The notes below the pieces were generated by a model. That model was not told the DNA's origin and did no database searches. It saw only the letters and a program-made list of their open reading frames with translations. 64,000 nt of DNA, taken from NCBI GenBank assembly GCA_951406725.2, contig OX597816.1:130572001-130636000 (forward strand). The letters run 5' to 3'. Both the position numbers and the translations under genes were made by a program. The stretch's first letter is position 1, and the number at the start of each line of letters is the position of its first letter. Below are positions 30,564 through 43,079 of this stretch, piece after piece. This DNA comes from Octopus vulgaris (Eukaryota).

Positions 30564-30773
30564 TCTTTTCTACTCTAGGCACAAGGCCCAAAATTTTGGG
30601 GGAGGGTGCCAGTCGATTAGATCGAGCACAGTACGCTACTGGTACTTAATTTATCGACCCCGAAAGGATAAAAGGCAAAGTCGACCTCTGCGGAATTTGA
30701 ACTCAGAACGTTAAGTCAGACGAAATACGGTTAAGCATTTCGCCCGGCCTGCTAACGTTTCTGTCAACTCGCC
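30564..30773 (-). mobile_element. SINE A copy
   Basis: Match to family A consensus. Confidence 0.85.
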
Positions 30774-32085
30774 AAAGTTATGGTGTACACAAAAATCCAT
30801 TTAAATCTCCCATCATACATATGCATTTAGAGATCGGGAAAAAAAGCTTCTCTACATCACATTTTAAACTCAATACAACAGGAATTTGAAGGATGATAAT
30901 GTTAACAACTAGAAAAGATATTTGTGTATTGCAGCACGTGGGTCTCCTTATATCAACAGCTCCATTTTTCCGAGAAAATATAGCATAATATTACAGCCTT
31001 TTTCAACCTTAAATAAAAGGTCAGCGTTTTCTTGCAGCCATTTCCATCAAGATTACATAATAGAATCGTTATATCTTGAAATATGGTAATATATATAAAA
31101 AAGAACATTTAGTTCGTCATGCTATTATGTACAAAATTCAATCGCTATCATGGGCTATATTTCAGAGATGAGAAGAGCAGTAGGAAGGTTAGTATGAGTT
31201 GAAGTCAGGAGAAGAGAAGTAAAGAAATAAATAAAAATAAACACCGAAATTGGCAAGTAGTGGTAGAAAGGTGGTTAAAATACTAACAGTTACGTTGTCG
31301 ACGGACGCTGAAAATATGACACACGCTTACATGCTCACACTCTCACACTTACGCAATCTCCCATCCATCATACACTCACACACATACAAACGCACATGCA
31401 CACGTATAACTATAGTTTAAGTAGAAGAACAAACTATACGGGCAGTTGGTAGGAGGTGAAGAAGCAGTACGTTTACATAACTTTATACATATATGCATAC
31501 GTATGTGTGCATGTGTGTGTATATGTATGTACACACACACACAAAATCTAATATGAATAATGGCTGCTTACTTCGAGTATTGCATGAAGATTTTCGGTTG
31601 AGTAGAACATTGCCAAGCCTATTGTGTTTGCATTTAGTTGCTGTTTTTATTGAAATAGTGAATCAGCAATCCAAATTTTTAAATGCGTGGTGTATCTTTG
31701 AACAAATCGTTTTACAGATACTAAATAGTTTTAGCACCAACTCATATCTCATGAGAATGTATCTTGTAGGCACTTTTCAATAGCTACTGAAGAGGTTGGT
31801 AATATCTGTATTACATTGACACAATTGACTCATATTTTGTATTAGAAGGTGGATATTTAGAAGCATCCTTATCTCTCTTAGTAATGAAGTATTTAGTGAC
31901 TGTTTTGTGCTCCTGAATAGCAACCTTCTAGTTGAGATATGATGCACCCACAACAAGGCTAGGAGAGGCTACTCTTCATGTCAAATGCTTTGATACGTAT
32001 ATACATATGTAAATATATATATATATATATGTATATGTATATGTATATACATACATATATATGTATGTGTGTGTGTGTGTGTGTG

Positions 32086-32335
32086 GTGGCGCGTGGCTTA
32101 GTGGTTATGGTGTCAGCATCATGATCGTAAGATTGTGGTTTCGATTCCTGGACCGGGTGACGCGTTGTGTTCTTGAGCAAAACACTTCATTTCACGTTGC
32201 GCCAGTCCACTCAGCTGGCAAAAATGAGTAACGTTGCGATGGACTGGCGTCCCGTCCAGCTGGGGAACACATACGCCATTAAAACCGGGAAACCGGGCCC
32301 ATGAACCTGGCTAGGTTTTAAAAGGGCGCATTTAT
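32086..32335 (+). mobile_element. SINE family C
   Basis: A box tggcttagtgg, B box ggtttcgattcc; homologous to 10628-10875. Confidence 0.85.
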
Positions 32336-33400
32336 ATATATATGTTAAGTCACTCTTAGTGCTACTGGCAGCTTGTAACCCAATACAATCTGTCGCATAG
32401 TTGGGCTGTCGGCGACTAAATAAGAGACCCTACCAAGCCTGCTTGGTAAGGAGGGTTATTTAAGACGAAACAAAACCTGTCAAAGGGTGGAAAAAATGTC
32501 AGTTGTGTCAACGGCCATCCAACAGTTGAGAGTGAGAGACCGCTAGTCTTTGTTTAGATATCTGGAAGGAAAACTCTGATATAATACCTGTGAGTTTGTT
32601 GGCATCCAATGCTGTAAATTAGTTATTCCTTTTGGGAATATTTTTACGTTGTTTAGAGTGTGGGATAAGCCCTGTGCAAGACCTTTCTTCATTTTGCAAA
32701 GCTTCAGGTACTGGCCTGATTTTTAACATCTATGTTATTTGTTGCATACCATTGCTAGCTGTAACTGAGAAAGGCAAAACACTCAATGAAAATTTCCATT
32801 ATGAAATGAAGGCATGTGTCAGCCTGTGCGCACGCGCGTTATCTTAACACTAAAAAGAACTGAACTAGGCCTATATATCACGAGTGTCGAAGGAAGGCTG
32901 CATGAGTGTTAGTTAGTGTGAGGTGGATGAAGCCTCAAAGTGGGAGTGGAGAATGATGTTAAAGTAGATGAAGAAACAGCGAAAGTTGACAAGAAGTCCT
33001 GGAGGGACGTACACATAGATGCATTTCTCTCTCCCTCACATGCGCATGCAAATATTGTGTGTCAGTCAAAATGTTTTGCGTTTCTGGCTTTCACTTTCCG
33101 AGTCCTTGGGGCACAAGTGGAAGCTATGCTTCTATCATGGGTCAAATAGCTACAACTAATTCATAGACGCCTCTCCCTTATTACTCCTTTCTCTCTCTCA
33201 TACACACGCAAACGTCTAAGCATACATTTGCTCGCACACACTCACACACGTACATGTACATCAGCCGAAATTACTGAGATGATCCGGTTCCCGACTGAAG
33301 ATTAGAGGCTTCGAGTGACCCGTCTGTTATTTTGTGTCGTCTCTTTGTGTGTTTTTGCGTTCTTGTCCCACTTTGTAATTTATATTTTATATTTAATTCC

Positions 33401-33496
<96 letters not shown>

Positions 33497-33499
<3 letters not shown>

Positions 33500-33640
33500 T
33501 CACCGAAATACCCAGTGTTGTCTGGGGTAAAATGACAGGTAATTAACGATGTAGTGATTGAACTGCGTCTAGAAAAATGTTTTCGATCCCATAGAAACTG
33601 AAATACCCCAGGGAGTTTCAGACTCAGCAGCGTTGGTAAC
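33497..33640 (-). mobile_element. Helitron-like 3' end
   Basis: Minus strand cccag-acaaca-ctggg tatttcggtgagta, the same motif as at 34946. Confidence 0.45.
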
Positions 33641-33664
33641 TCATATATATATATATATATATAT

Positions 33665-33887
33665 ACTCTTTTATTTGTTTCAGTTATTTGACTGCGGCCA
33701 TGCTGGAGCACCGCCTTTAGTCGAGAAAATCGACCCCAGGACTTATTCTTTATAAGCTTAGTACTTGTTCTATTAGTCTCTTTTGCCGAACCGCTAAGTT
33801 ACGGGGACATAAACACACCACCATCGGTTGTCAAGCGATGTTGTGGGGGGGGGGGACAAGCACAGACACACAAACATATACACACAC

Positions 33888-33969
<82 letters not shown>

Positions 33970-34135
33970 GACGGGATTCTTTCAGTTTCCGTTTATCAAT
34001 TTTACCAATTCTACTCACAATGCTTTGGTCGGCCCGAGGCTATAGTAGAAGACACTTAGTGAAGGTGCCACGCAGTGGGAATGAACCCGCAACCATGTGG
34101 TTGGAAAGCAAGCTACTTACCACATAGCCATTCCT
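33665..34135 (-). mobile_element. SINE B, near full length
   Basis: Head, internal (TA)n/(CA)n, and tail gactgcggccatgctggagcaccgcc. Confidence 0.85.
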
Positions 34136-34347
34136 GCACCTATAATATATATGCGTACACACACACACACACACACGTACACACAACACACACATATATA
34201 TATAGGCACAGGACGTCACCAACAGCAAACAATATGAAACACGAAAACAAATGGGTTCAATACGCAAACTGCGAGAGAAACAAATGGAAAACAGGGCAAA
34301 TAACACAAAGAATGTCCCTTCATCAGTTGTCGGCCGTTTATCTACTC

Positions 34348-34395
<48 letters not shown>

Positions 34396-34489
34396 TACAC
34401 ATATATACATATACATATATGTGTTTGTATGTATGTATGTGTGTGTATATATATATATATATGTGTGTGTGTGTTTGTGTGTATGTGTG

Positions 34490-34974
34490 TGTGCGTGCGC
34501 GGGCAAAAATTTCGTGGGATCCCTGGTTTAAACATTGGAGATTATGATATTCTCAAAATAAAACCTTTTTCTTCAAGGTTCAGATTTTTTTATCCTCCTT
34601 CTTTATTGGGGAGCACATAACCGGCCATATTTTCAACTTTGAATTATTCTCTTAAAACTTCTTTTGTAGATTTCTAGAGTTTAAGTTTCAGAATTTAGTG
34701 TTAGCGTTTCCGGATTTAGGGTTAAACGGAGAAAAATCGGGATTCGAAACATTCATTAACGGATTCTTTTTATAGTTTTCTCTTTGTAGAATCGAAAATC
34801 TGCTGTTAAAAACAAAAATCCAACGAAACTTTTTAAAATATAAAAAATAGTTAGTCTAATATCCTGTCTATGATTTGTCCGGAAGCTTTACTATAATATA
34901 AGTAAATTACATCATGAAATTAACAACTACTACCTTGGTTCGTAGCCCGGACAACACCGGGTATTTCGGCCAAT
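34490..34974 (+). mobile_element. Helitron-like non-autonomous element
   Basis: 3' hairpin cccgg-acaaca-ccggg followed by tatttcgg and ccaat (degenerate CTAGT). 5' boundary uncertain. Confidence 0.5.
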
Positions 34975-35653
34975 CAACATCAAAATTTCATTGAAAATTA
35001 TTGCCGTTGTGTTTTACACATATGACAGTGAAGACATGAACATAAAACATATGACAATTACATGAATATTTAATACATTTTCTTACGTTTTATTTTGGTG
35101 GTGGGGCAACCAATCAAATATTGATAAATAATAATATTTCGATGTGTTTACGGAATTTACGCTTATAGATTGTCAGCTAATTTCCTATTCCAGTCATCTG
35201 AATATTTAGCAGCGTGAAACTCAGATTTGTAATTTGAGAATCCTCTGCTTATGATAAATTATATACACATGTTATGAATTGAGTACTATTTTCTTAGTTT
35301 GTGAAAATACGTGCAAACATCCATACATTAACGCACGAACAAGTTTATTTTCTATGTTATTGATGAATATATATGGCATAAATATACATACATAAAATTT
35401 ATACACACACACAGGCACACACACATACACACACACATACACACACACACACACATATATATCTCTATATATATACACGCACACACACACACATATATGT
35501 ATGTATATAGGTATATATATATATATATATATATGCATGTATATATATGCACGTATATAAACACATACATATATCCATATACGTACATATATATATATAT
35601 AAATTCTTATATATAAACACAAAGAACATAGATACACACACATACACACACAC

Positions 35654-35700
<47 letters not shown>

Positions 35701-36009
35701 TATATACATATATATATACATATATATATTTATTTGCATATATATAAATATATACCTATATACTTATATACTTATAAACGTATATATATTTATGCAATGT
35801 GAACATTTGAATGTTTTTGCTCATATATATATATATATGAATATGCATACACATATGCACACATATACACGCATATACACACAAACACATATAAACACAA
35901 GCACACAGATACACATACTCTCTCTCACTCTGACATACACACACACTCATACACATGCATGCATAACCCCCCCCAAATAATCAAAAATAGATGTGGTTGC
36001 GAATGTTTG

Positions 36010-36492
36010 TTATTTACATGTGTATTCTTCAGTCTTGTTGCTACATTTTTCGCATCTCACATAACAGCACCAGTAAAATTTGCAGCGACACTGTACAGTT
36101 ACAGTATACTGGTGTGTATTGTATCCACGCCCGCAGCACATTAAGTCACAGCCAATGGGTTGCTTAGATTCTCGAAGACACCTTCGGCCCACTGTACCCA
36201 GCGAACCGCTGTTGATATCATAGTCGCAGTAATTGGGCGATGGCTCGAGACAAACTAAATCGCTTCGCCGAGGCTTCCGGTTTTGTTTCTTGGACTTTTT
36301 CAAGATTAAGAAAACTGGTCGTAAAGATCGACTGCCGCGTATGACGCGCGTCAGTCTTGCAGTTCCATATTTTTTCATTAAATGGTTGCCAATCATACGG
36401 AAAGGTCTCAAAGTTGTCCAACATGTCTTCATTGTGCAGGAACCTGACACACCGTGACATTTGCATTCTGTGATGACGTTCTCTTTAACTGC
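36010..36492 (-). CDS. Wnt7: Terminal coding exon of a Wnt7-like ligand (160 aa + stop)
   Basis: Translation has the Wnt motif ECKCHGVSGSCTMKTCW, then SPNYC and the C-terminus GCDLMCCGRGYNTHQY...CKFYWCCYVRCEKC...YTCK*, closest to the Wnt7 subfamily as I recall it. Minus-strand acceptor tctttttgtattttgcAG|GCA (AG at 36494-36493), phase 0; TAA at 36012-36010. Confidence 0.93.
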   Translation of the reverse strand, partial: AVKENVITECKCHGVSGSCTMKTCWTTLRPFRMIGNHLMKKYGTARLTRVIRGSRSLRPVFLILKKSKKQNRKPRRSDLVCLEPSPNYCDYDINSGSLGTVGRRCLRESKQPIGCDLMCCGRGYNTHQYTVTVQCRCKFYWCCYVRCEKCSNKTEEYTCK

Positions 36493-39443
36493 CTGCAAAA
36501 TACAAAAAGACATGAAGAATTTGTATCATAAAAGTTTTCTCAAAAGACAAGTCCAACATTAAAAACGGCAATAACAACAACAACAAAAAAAAATGTAGCT
36601 TATACAAATACATCCCCTTCACATAACTCCACACGATCAACGAAAGAACCGCTGAGCTTGTTACAAATTGTAACCAAATCTCCCTCAAATTATTGCTTAC
36701 TGCCATCAAAAAAAGAGCACGCTTGATGATATAATCCTTGGTAGATAGGCCGAAGAAAAATATTGATGGAGCGTTTTCATCTAGTACATCTTTAATCATA
36801 AATTTGCTCCATGAGCGCTGAACTGCTGATAAGTAACAACTAGGCCGCTAATTATTAACTCAACCACACATTCACAGGTATATACACGGACACAATCTCT
36901 CTCTCCCACGCTCTTTCTTTCTTTCTTACTTTGACACACACATACACAGACTAATCCAGATGCACACACATAAGCCCATGCACACACACATACGTACTTA
37001 CACACATGAGACGGAACAAAGATACCTCGAAGTTCTTTACTAAACTTGTAAATCTCCATGAAATCAAGTTTCTGCCGATAATTTAACCATATAAATTTCG
37101 CAGATGTATTAAACATCCACCCCAAATTACTGGATTTATGTCCTGTTCTGGATTGGATGTCAGTCTACGGCGGGTTTTGTACACGGAACAATTTAAGTTC
37201 TGCATTGCAAACAACTGAAACATCAAACACGCAGTTCTTCTGCAACACAATGAACTTCACCCTGTGTTAGATATTTACTAACTAGAACTGACTGTTAAGA
37301 GTTAAATATTTCTGGTCACGAACTCAGCGACCCATTAATGATGCAGTACGAACCCTTTATCTTACCGATTTTTTCACTCGTGACTCTTTTTATTTATAAA
37401 CCTAATGTAAGTATTAATTGGTTGGTAGATTCACTCTGTAAATCCAGTTGATGTGTAGCCAATGGGAAACCCTAATCAAACAGACAACAGCATTCTGGAA
37501 GTCTGTAGAACGAACATATATGACCACACAGAGCTATTGCTCCAGATATATCATATCTTCGCGTGTCTGAGAATTATACTGAACGTCAAGTACCTCAAGG
37601 ATGTGTTCTCCATTGTAATATGATATGATTTCCTGGACAACCTTCGTTAATCGAAGCTTAATCAACTCGCTATACGACATATATGAAAGCTTACAATATG
37701 TATATCTAGTTTGCATAACCCTTACCAGTAGTAATTTTTCTCATACCTATTGTTGATATTCATTGCGTCAGTACATTGTCTCTGTTTCTCTATATACTGA
37801 CACTTTGAAGGCTTGTCAAGAGCACTGAACATACTTCCCTGAAGAGGTTTAATAAAACAGCAACGTCTCCACTTTTATTTGTTGGTTTTGAAGTCATGAT
37901 CCATCTACATCGTCTTTGCTTCTCAAAACTTTTGGTGGTGATTATAAGGGAGTTGTTTCCCTTGCTGTTTTTTTTTAATTGTAAATATCCTGAGAGGGAA
38001 CAATTTTTGCCTACAAATTGCATGGATAACCTCAGTGAAATTCACTCTATTACATATATAAATCCCTTGCTGTATGTGTATTTAGTATTCAGAACTTTCC
38101 CTTCAGGTACTTTCCCTCAACCCTATTGCTTATTATGTTGATTAATTGACGTGTGGCTAGTGAGACAGAATTATCGGTGTGAGCGAAGCATGTTTTGTTT
38201 TTTATTTGATTGGTGTGGAGGTGAATCGGTGTATAAGCGACGTTCTTTTGAAATAAAACGGCAACCACAACAACAACAAAAATGATAACGAAAAATAAGA
38301 TAAGAAAAAATATCTATAAAAAAAATTCTTAAAAATTTGTGATGCAAATGGTAGCATTTGGGACGGTAAACAAAAGGCAGAAAGGAAAATATAGACTAGA
38401 GCTGGTCGGTAAAGTAATCTGACTTGGCGGCTAACTCTTTGATAATGCATTACCTGTAGCTGTTGTTATTGGGTTGAGAACAATAGTGAAGGAAAAAGCA
38501 AGGTAGAGCAGGCGACGCTAAGTTCAAAAGCTACTAAGATCTCGTAGCCAACCACTGAAACAACGTAAAACTACTATTAATGTCAGTGGTATGTTTCTCA
38601 GAAATGTACACCTAACGAAAAAGTCTACTGATGGTGAACTTTAACTTACTTGGCACCGGAGGAATTCTAAGTTTTATGCTTCTTTGAAAGACGATAACAA
38701 ACTAAAAATGTTTTTTAAGAGATCGCGACTTAGGTAAATAAATTATCTCTCTTTCTGATAGCCATTGTGGAACCCAGTCTGTCAGTCAGTTTGCCTGTCT
38801 GTCAGTCTGTATGTATGTATGTATGTATGTATGTATGTATGTATGTATGTATGTATGTATGCATGTATGTATGTATGTATGTATGTATGTATGTATGCAT
38901 GTGGAAGAAACACACATACACACACATATACAAAGACACATACATTCAAATATAAATATAAATGTAGATATATGTTTACACGTAAAAATATATACACATA
39001 AATGTTAATATATATATATATGTGTGTGTGTATATATATGTATATGTATATACGTATGCGTGTATCTATGTATGTGTGTGTGTTTATGTATATATACTAT
39101 TTATTTTAAGTATGCCTTTATATTTTATTTCAATGTATGTATAGTAAGTATATACGTATATATGTGTGTGTATGTGTGTATATGTGGGGTGAGGTGGGGG
39201 ATGCGTGTGTGTATGAAGATGCGTGGTTCGAGTCCCGCAAATAGTTTTCTGCCATTGTTACTATCTAAGGGTATATTAACCCAATAAAGCACAAGCTATT
39301 ATTTAAAGTTGAATTCGAGCATTAATAGCAACTTATTTGTATATTTCTCGATACTTCTATATTTGCTCTCTCTCTCTCTCTCTCTCTCCCCCTCTCTCTC
39401 TCTCTCTAAGAAAAGTATAACAATGTATAGAATATGTTCAAGG

Positions 39444-39604
39444 CAATTCGTCTGTCTTTATGTTTTGAGTTCAAATTCTGCCGAGGTCGACTTTGGCTTT
39501 CATCCTTTCGGGGTCGATAAATTAAGTACCAGTTGCGTACTGGGCTCGATCGAATCGACTAGCCCCCTCCCCCCAAATTTCGAGCCTTGTGTCTAGAGTA
39601 GAAA
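39444..39604 (+). mobile_element. 5'-truncated SINE A with target-site duplication
   Basis: Flanked on both sides by agaatatgttcaaggc. Confidence 0.85.
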
Positions 39605-40018
39605 AGAATATGTTCAAGGCAAAACTATCATCATATGCACACTACACAACTACCCGATCAAAAATGAAGATATATTTCTACGGTCCTCTGTGGCGTACGA
39701 AACCACGTATAGCCAACGTAATCAACATCAGAAATACCATCAGAACAACTAGACATACGGATTAAAGCACACCTCGATGTTAATGCTTTTTTTCGTGGAA
39801 AGAATCACCTACAGAAATATGTTGAAGGGTTTTTAGTCGAAGAAATCGAACCAAGGACTTCTTTTTTTGAGCCAAGTACTTATTCTATCGTTCTCTTTTG
39901 CCAAATTGCTATATTACGGGGACGTAAACACACTAATACCAATTGTCAAGCGGTGGGTGGTGGCGGTTTTAGGGGTTGAAGGAAACAAAGAAATATACGC
40001 ATATATATATATATATTC

Positions 40019-40245
40019 AAATTGACAGAATGAGATGAAAACACCAAGGCAGTAAATAGATTTTATAACATTTATCAATAAAAGGTCTTTTACAGCTGTT
40101 TCCGGGATGTTTTATATATCCCTTCGCACCATCTCTGATGAAGGGATATATAAAATATCCCGGAAACAGCTGTAAGACCTTTTCTTGATAAATGTTATGA
40201 ACTCTATTTACTACATTGGTTGATTTTTTCTCATTCTGTCAATTT
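40019..40245. repeat. ~230-bp imperfect palindrome flanked by (TA)n
   Basis: Arms 40019-40125 and 40140-40245 are reverse complements (aaattgacagaatgaga.../...tctcattctgtcaattt). Confidence 0.9.
40132..40177 (+). ncRNA. Minimal type-I hammerhead ribozyme motif inside a palindrome
   Basis: tct CTGATGA a gggatat ataaa atatccc g GAAAC agct GTA aga. Both core boxes, 7-bp stem II, palindromic stem III, GUA triplet; stem I only 3 bp. Confidence 0.72.
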
Positions 40246-40404
40246 ATATATATGCATGCTAATACGTGACCCACGTTGGACTCCTCACTCGTATCATTAT
40301 CGAGCCTGGTGCTGCACCATGGTCTATCCATAGCACTTACTTAGCGTCTACCTGATACATTTTGGGTCTTTCTGACACCAATACCTTTCATACTCCTACA
40401 TATC

Positions 40405-40451
<47 letters not shown>

Positions 40452-40459
<8 letters not shown>

Positions 40460-40730
40460 GTATAGGAAAGAATGGAGCTGAACGAAGATTTAACAAAGTT
40501 CCTTTAACAAAGTTCGAAACATATGTCGAAAATAAAATAAAGGAACTTTGTTAAATCTTCGTTCAGGTCCATTCTTTCCTATACTTAATATATTAAATTA
40601 AACTTCAAATTTCCGCACTAAGGCACGGAGTTTATGCCCTATGGTCGTAACTTCAACCGTGCTTTTTCTGTTGTGAGTTTGCTACCCAGGTATCGGTTAT
40701 CTTTCGAATTATCCGTAATAAGATAATTCA
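40452..40730 (+). mobile_element. Palindrome-headed element homologous to the sequence after the 42791 hammerhead
   Basis: Arms 40452-40505 and 40540-40593 surround the hammerhead 3' half cGAAACatatGTCgaaa. 40515-40730 aligns by eye with 42840-43030. Confidence 0.7.
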
Positions 40731-40738
40731 TTTGTCTA

Positions 40739-40799
<61 letters not shown>

Positions 40800-41202
40800 A
40801 TATATATTTTGATAAGCATATGCGCAACCGGTAAAAGAATACCTAATTATATATACTTCAATTATATTTTCTTCATTTCCTTTTTATATATACTCGTGTT
40901 CGACATCTCCACACGATGGGTTTCTTTCAGTTTCCATATACCACATCCACTCACAAAGCTTTGGTCGGTCCGAAGCTATAGTAGAAGACCCTTGCTCAAG
41001 GTGCCATGCAGTGGGTTGCATTGTTTTGGCTTTGGAAAAATATATAATCAAAAGCATATATGAGACGATGCTACACTACTTTATTACTAGACGTACAATG
41101 ATCTCCTTCCCTAGGCATTCAGACACTAATAACCAGTTGTTAGAATTTCATATACTTATCCTTTAGAGTATAAACATTAAATGAGTACCGGGAGTAATAT
41201 TA

Positions 41203-41403
41203 ATTTCAAATTTTGGTACAAGTCCAGCAGTTTCGGAGGATGTGGTAAGTCGATTACATAGACCCTGACTGTTCAACTGGTACTTATTTTATCAACCCCG
41301 AAAGGATAAAATTGACCTCGGCGGAATTTAAACTCAGAACGTAAAAACGGACGAAATGCCATTAAGCTGTCATCCGGCGTGCTAACGATTCTGCCAGCTC
41401 GCC
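41203..41403 (-). mobile_element. SINE A copy
   Basis: Match to family A consensus. Confidence 0.85.
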
Positions 41404-41455
41404 AGTACATGGCGTAATATCAATAAATTAACTCCTGTTCTTTTGTCATTCACTA

Positions 41456-41583
<128 letters not shown>

Positions 41584-42472
41584 CGTGGTCTGATCAATAA
41601 GTATCCGAACTGTTGCTCTAGTAACAAAGCTAAAGCACGCAGAGTGAAGCTGCTGGCACAGATTGACTTTGATCTTTGCTGAGCATGCGCACTAAGTTTT
41701 AACGTTCTAGCTCACTCCCCCTGTTTACAGAAGTGTTTGGAAGTAGAGTGTGTATTGTGTAATTGTGGTATTGACCATGACAGACAAAGTTGAGCAGAGA
41801 ATCTGCATCAAAGTTTGCCAAAGCTTGGCGATACCTGCTCAGAGGTCTACGCAAAGTTTTCGAAAAGCTTGCATCATTCTCCACACAATGAAGATCTTGT
41901 GCAACTTGAAACCCGAGTGTCCTTTTAGTTAGTTGAAAGCAGTTTTGGCACAAACTTGCAGACACGCTTCTCATACCCAAATCTGCAGTGATAATGGACT
42001 GAACTGAACCGTAACTAATCTGCACATACTCTGATAACTCACGGATGGTGATTCGACGATTTCCTCTCACAGGTGCATGTAGATCTGCGATGTTATTCTC
42101 AGTTCTGCTGGTTGCGGCTTTCCCATAACGTCCATCAATATCGACATTTTTCCGGCCATCTTGGAAACATCTGAACCACTCGTTCACTTGTGTGCGGCTC
42201 ATACATTCCTCTCCATGCACTTTCTGCAACTTTGTGTTGGCCTCTGAGCAGGTATCGCCATGACAACTTCCTCGGTCATGATCAATGCGACAATCACACG
42301 CTGCACACCTACTTTCCAAGCACTGCTGTAAACAGCGGAAGTGAGGTACAATGTTAAAACTTAGTGCGCATGCACAACAGAGTTCAAGGTCAATCTTTGC
42401 CAAGTGGCTTTACTCTGCGTGCTTTAGCTTCGTTACTATGGTAACAGTCCTGATACTTATTGATCAGCCCTC

Positions 42473-42473
<1 letters not shown>
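41584..42473. mobile_element. Non-autonomous mariner derivative made of two inverted 5' ends
   Basis: TA-flanked termini cgtggtctgatcaataagtatc / gatacttattgatcagccctcg. Inverted homology runs ~280 bp. The + arm encodes MTDKVEQRICIK; the - arm encodes the mariner HTH region (MSRTQVNEWFRCFQDGR...NRRITIRELS...ISYGSVQSII..DLGMR). Confidence 0.88.
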
Positions 42474-42527
<54 letters not shown>

Positions 42528-42790
42528 TAAATATAAGTGATTTTACCAGTCTGTATAGTTTGAACATTTAGTTCACCTTGCACGTTACTTCAAAAGAGAA
42601 ATCTACTTCCAAGTCTTTGAACATTTTTTCAACCAATATATCCCTCTTTATTTGTTCTCTACTTATTATTTCTTTACCCCTTCTCTTCCCAGGGTCTGCC
42701 TTTGACGTCAGATCTACTAACAGGTTTTTTTTAAATATACTTAATAGCGTTCTGTTTATCATTTATGCAGTCATCAAAATTGTTCGCTTT

Positions 42791-42856
42791 CTTTCCTGAT
42801 GAGAAGATTTTTAAACCGAATAAAACCAATGTTGTCTTCGAAACATATGTTGAAAG
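42791..42856 (+). ncRNA. Minimal type-I hammerhead ribozyme motif
   Basis: ctttc CTGATGA gaaga [loop] tcttc GAAAC atat GTT gaaag. Stem I ctttc/gaaag, stem II gaaga/tcttc, palindromic stem III, triplet GUU (GUC in the related copy at 40525). Confidence 0.8.
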
Positions 42857-43079
42857 TAAAAGAATTTGAATAACACCTGCGTTCAACTCCATTTATTTAC
42901 TTATACTATACAAATTACTGCACATTAACCCGGGGTTTCTACCTTTGAATAGGTCGCTACATCCTTGTTACTTGCGTGAATTTTGCAACCCTGGTAACTG
43001 TTTATTGAATTTTCCATGTTAACTGTAAACAAAGGATAATTCATTCATCCATTCATATATATGTATACATATATATATA

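Noticed and set aside
32350-32620. Possible LINE 5' UTR fragment or HDV-like ribozyme (also 45800-45960)
   Set aside because: Only a vague resemblance; I could not build the pseudoknot.
34300-34340. Isolated CTGANGA boxes (also ~20640, 23510, 23603, 24364, 31789, 47579, 49105)
   Set aside because: No correctly placed stem II, GAAA and NUH; 7-mers are expected by chance.
37080-37205. Minus-strand ...PVIWGGCLIHLRNLYG* resembling the Wnt WGGC motif
   Set aside because: In-frame stop, no FVD/NLHNN/AGR motifs and no suitable splice donor; probably chance.
37835-37872. CTGAAGAggtttaataaaacaGCAACGTC as a hammerhead
   Set aside because: The GAAA box is mutated and there is no stem I; at most a decayed copy.
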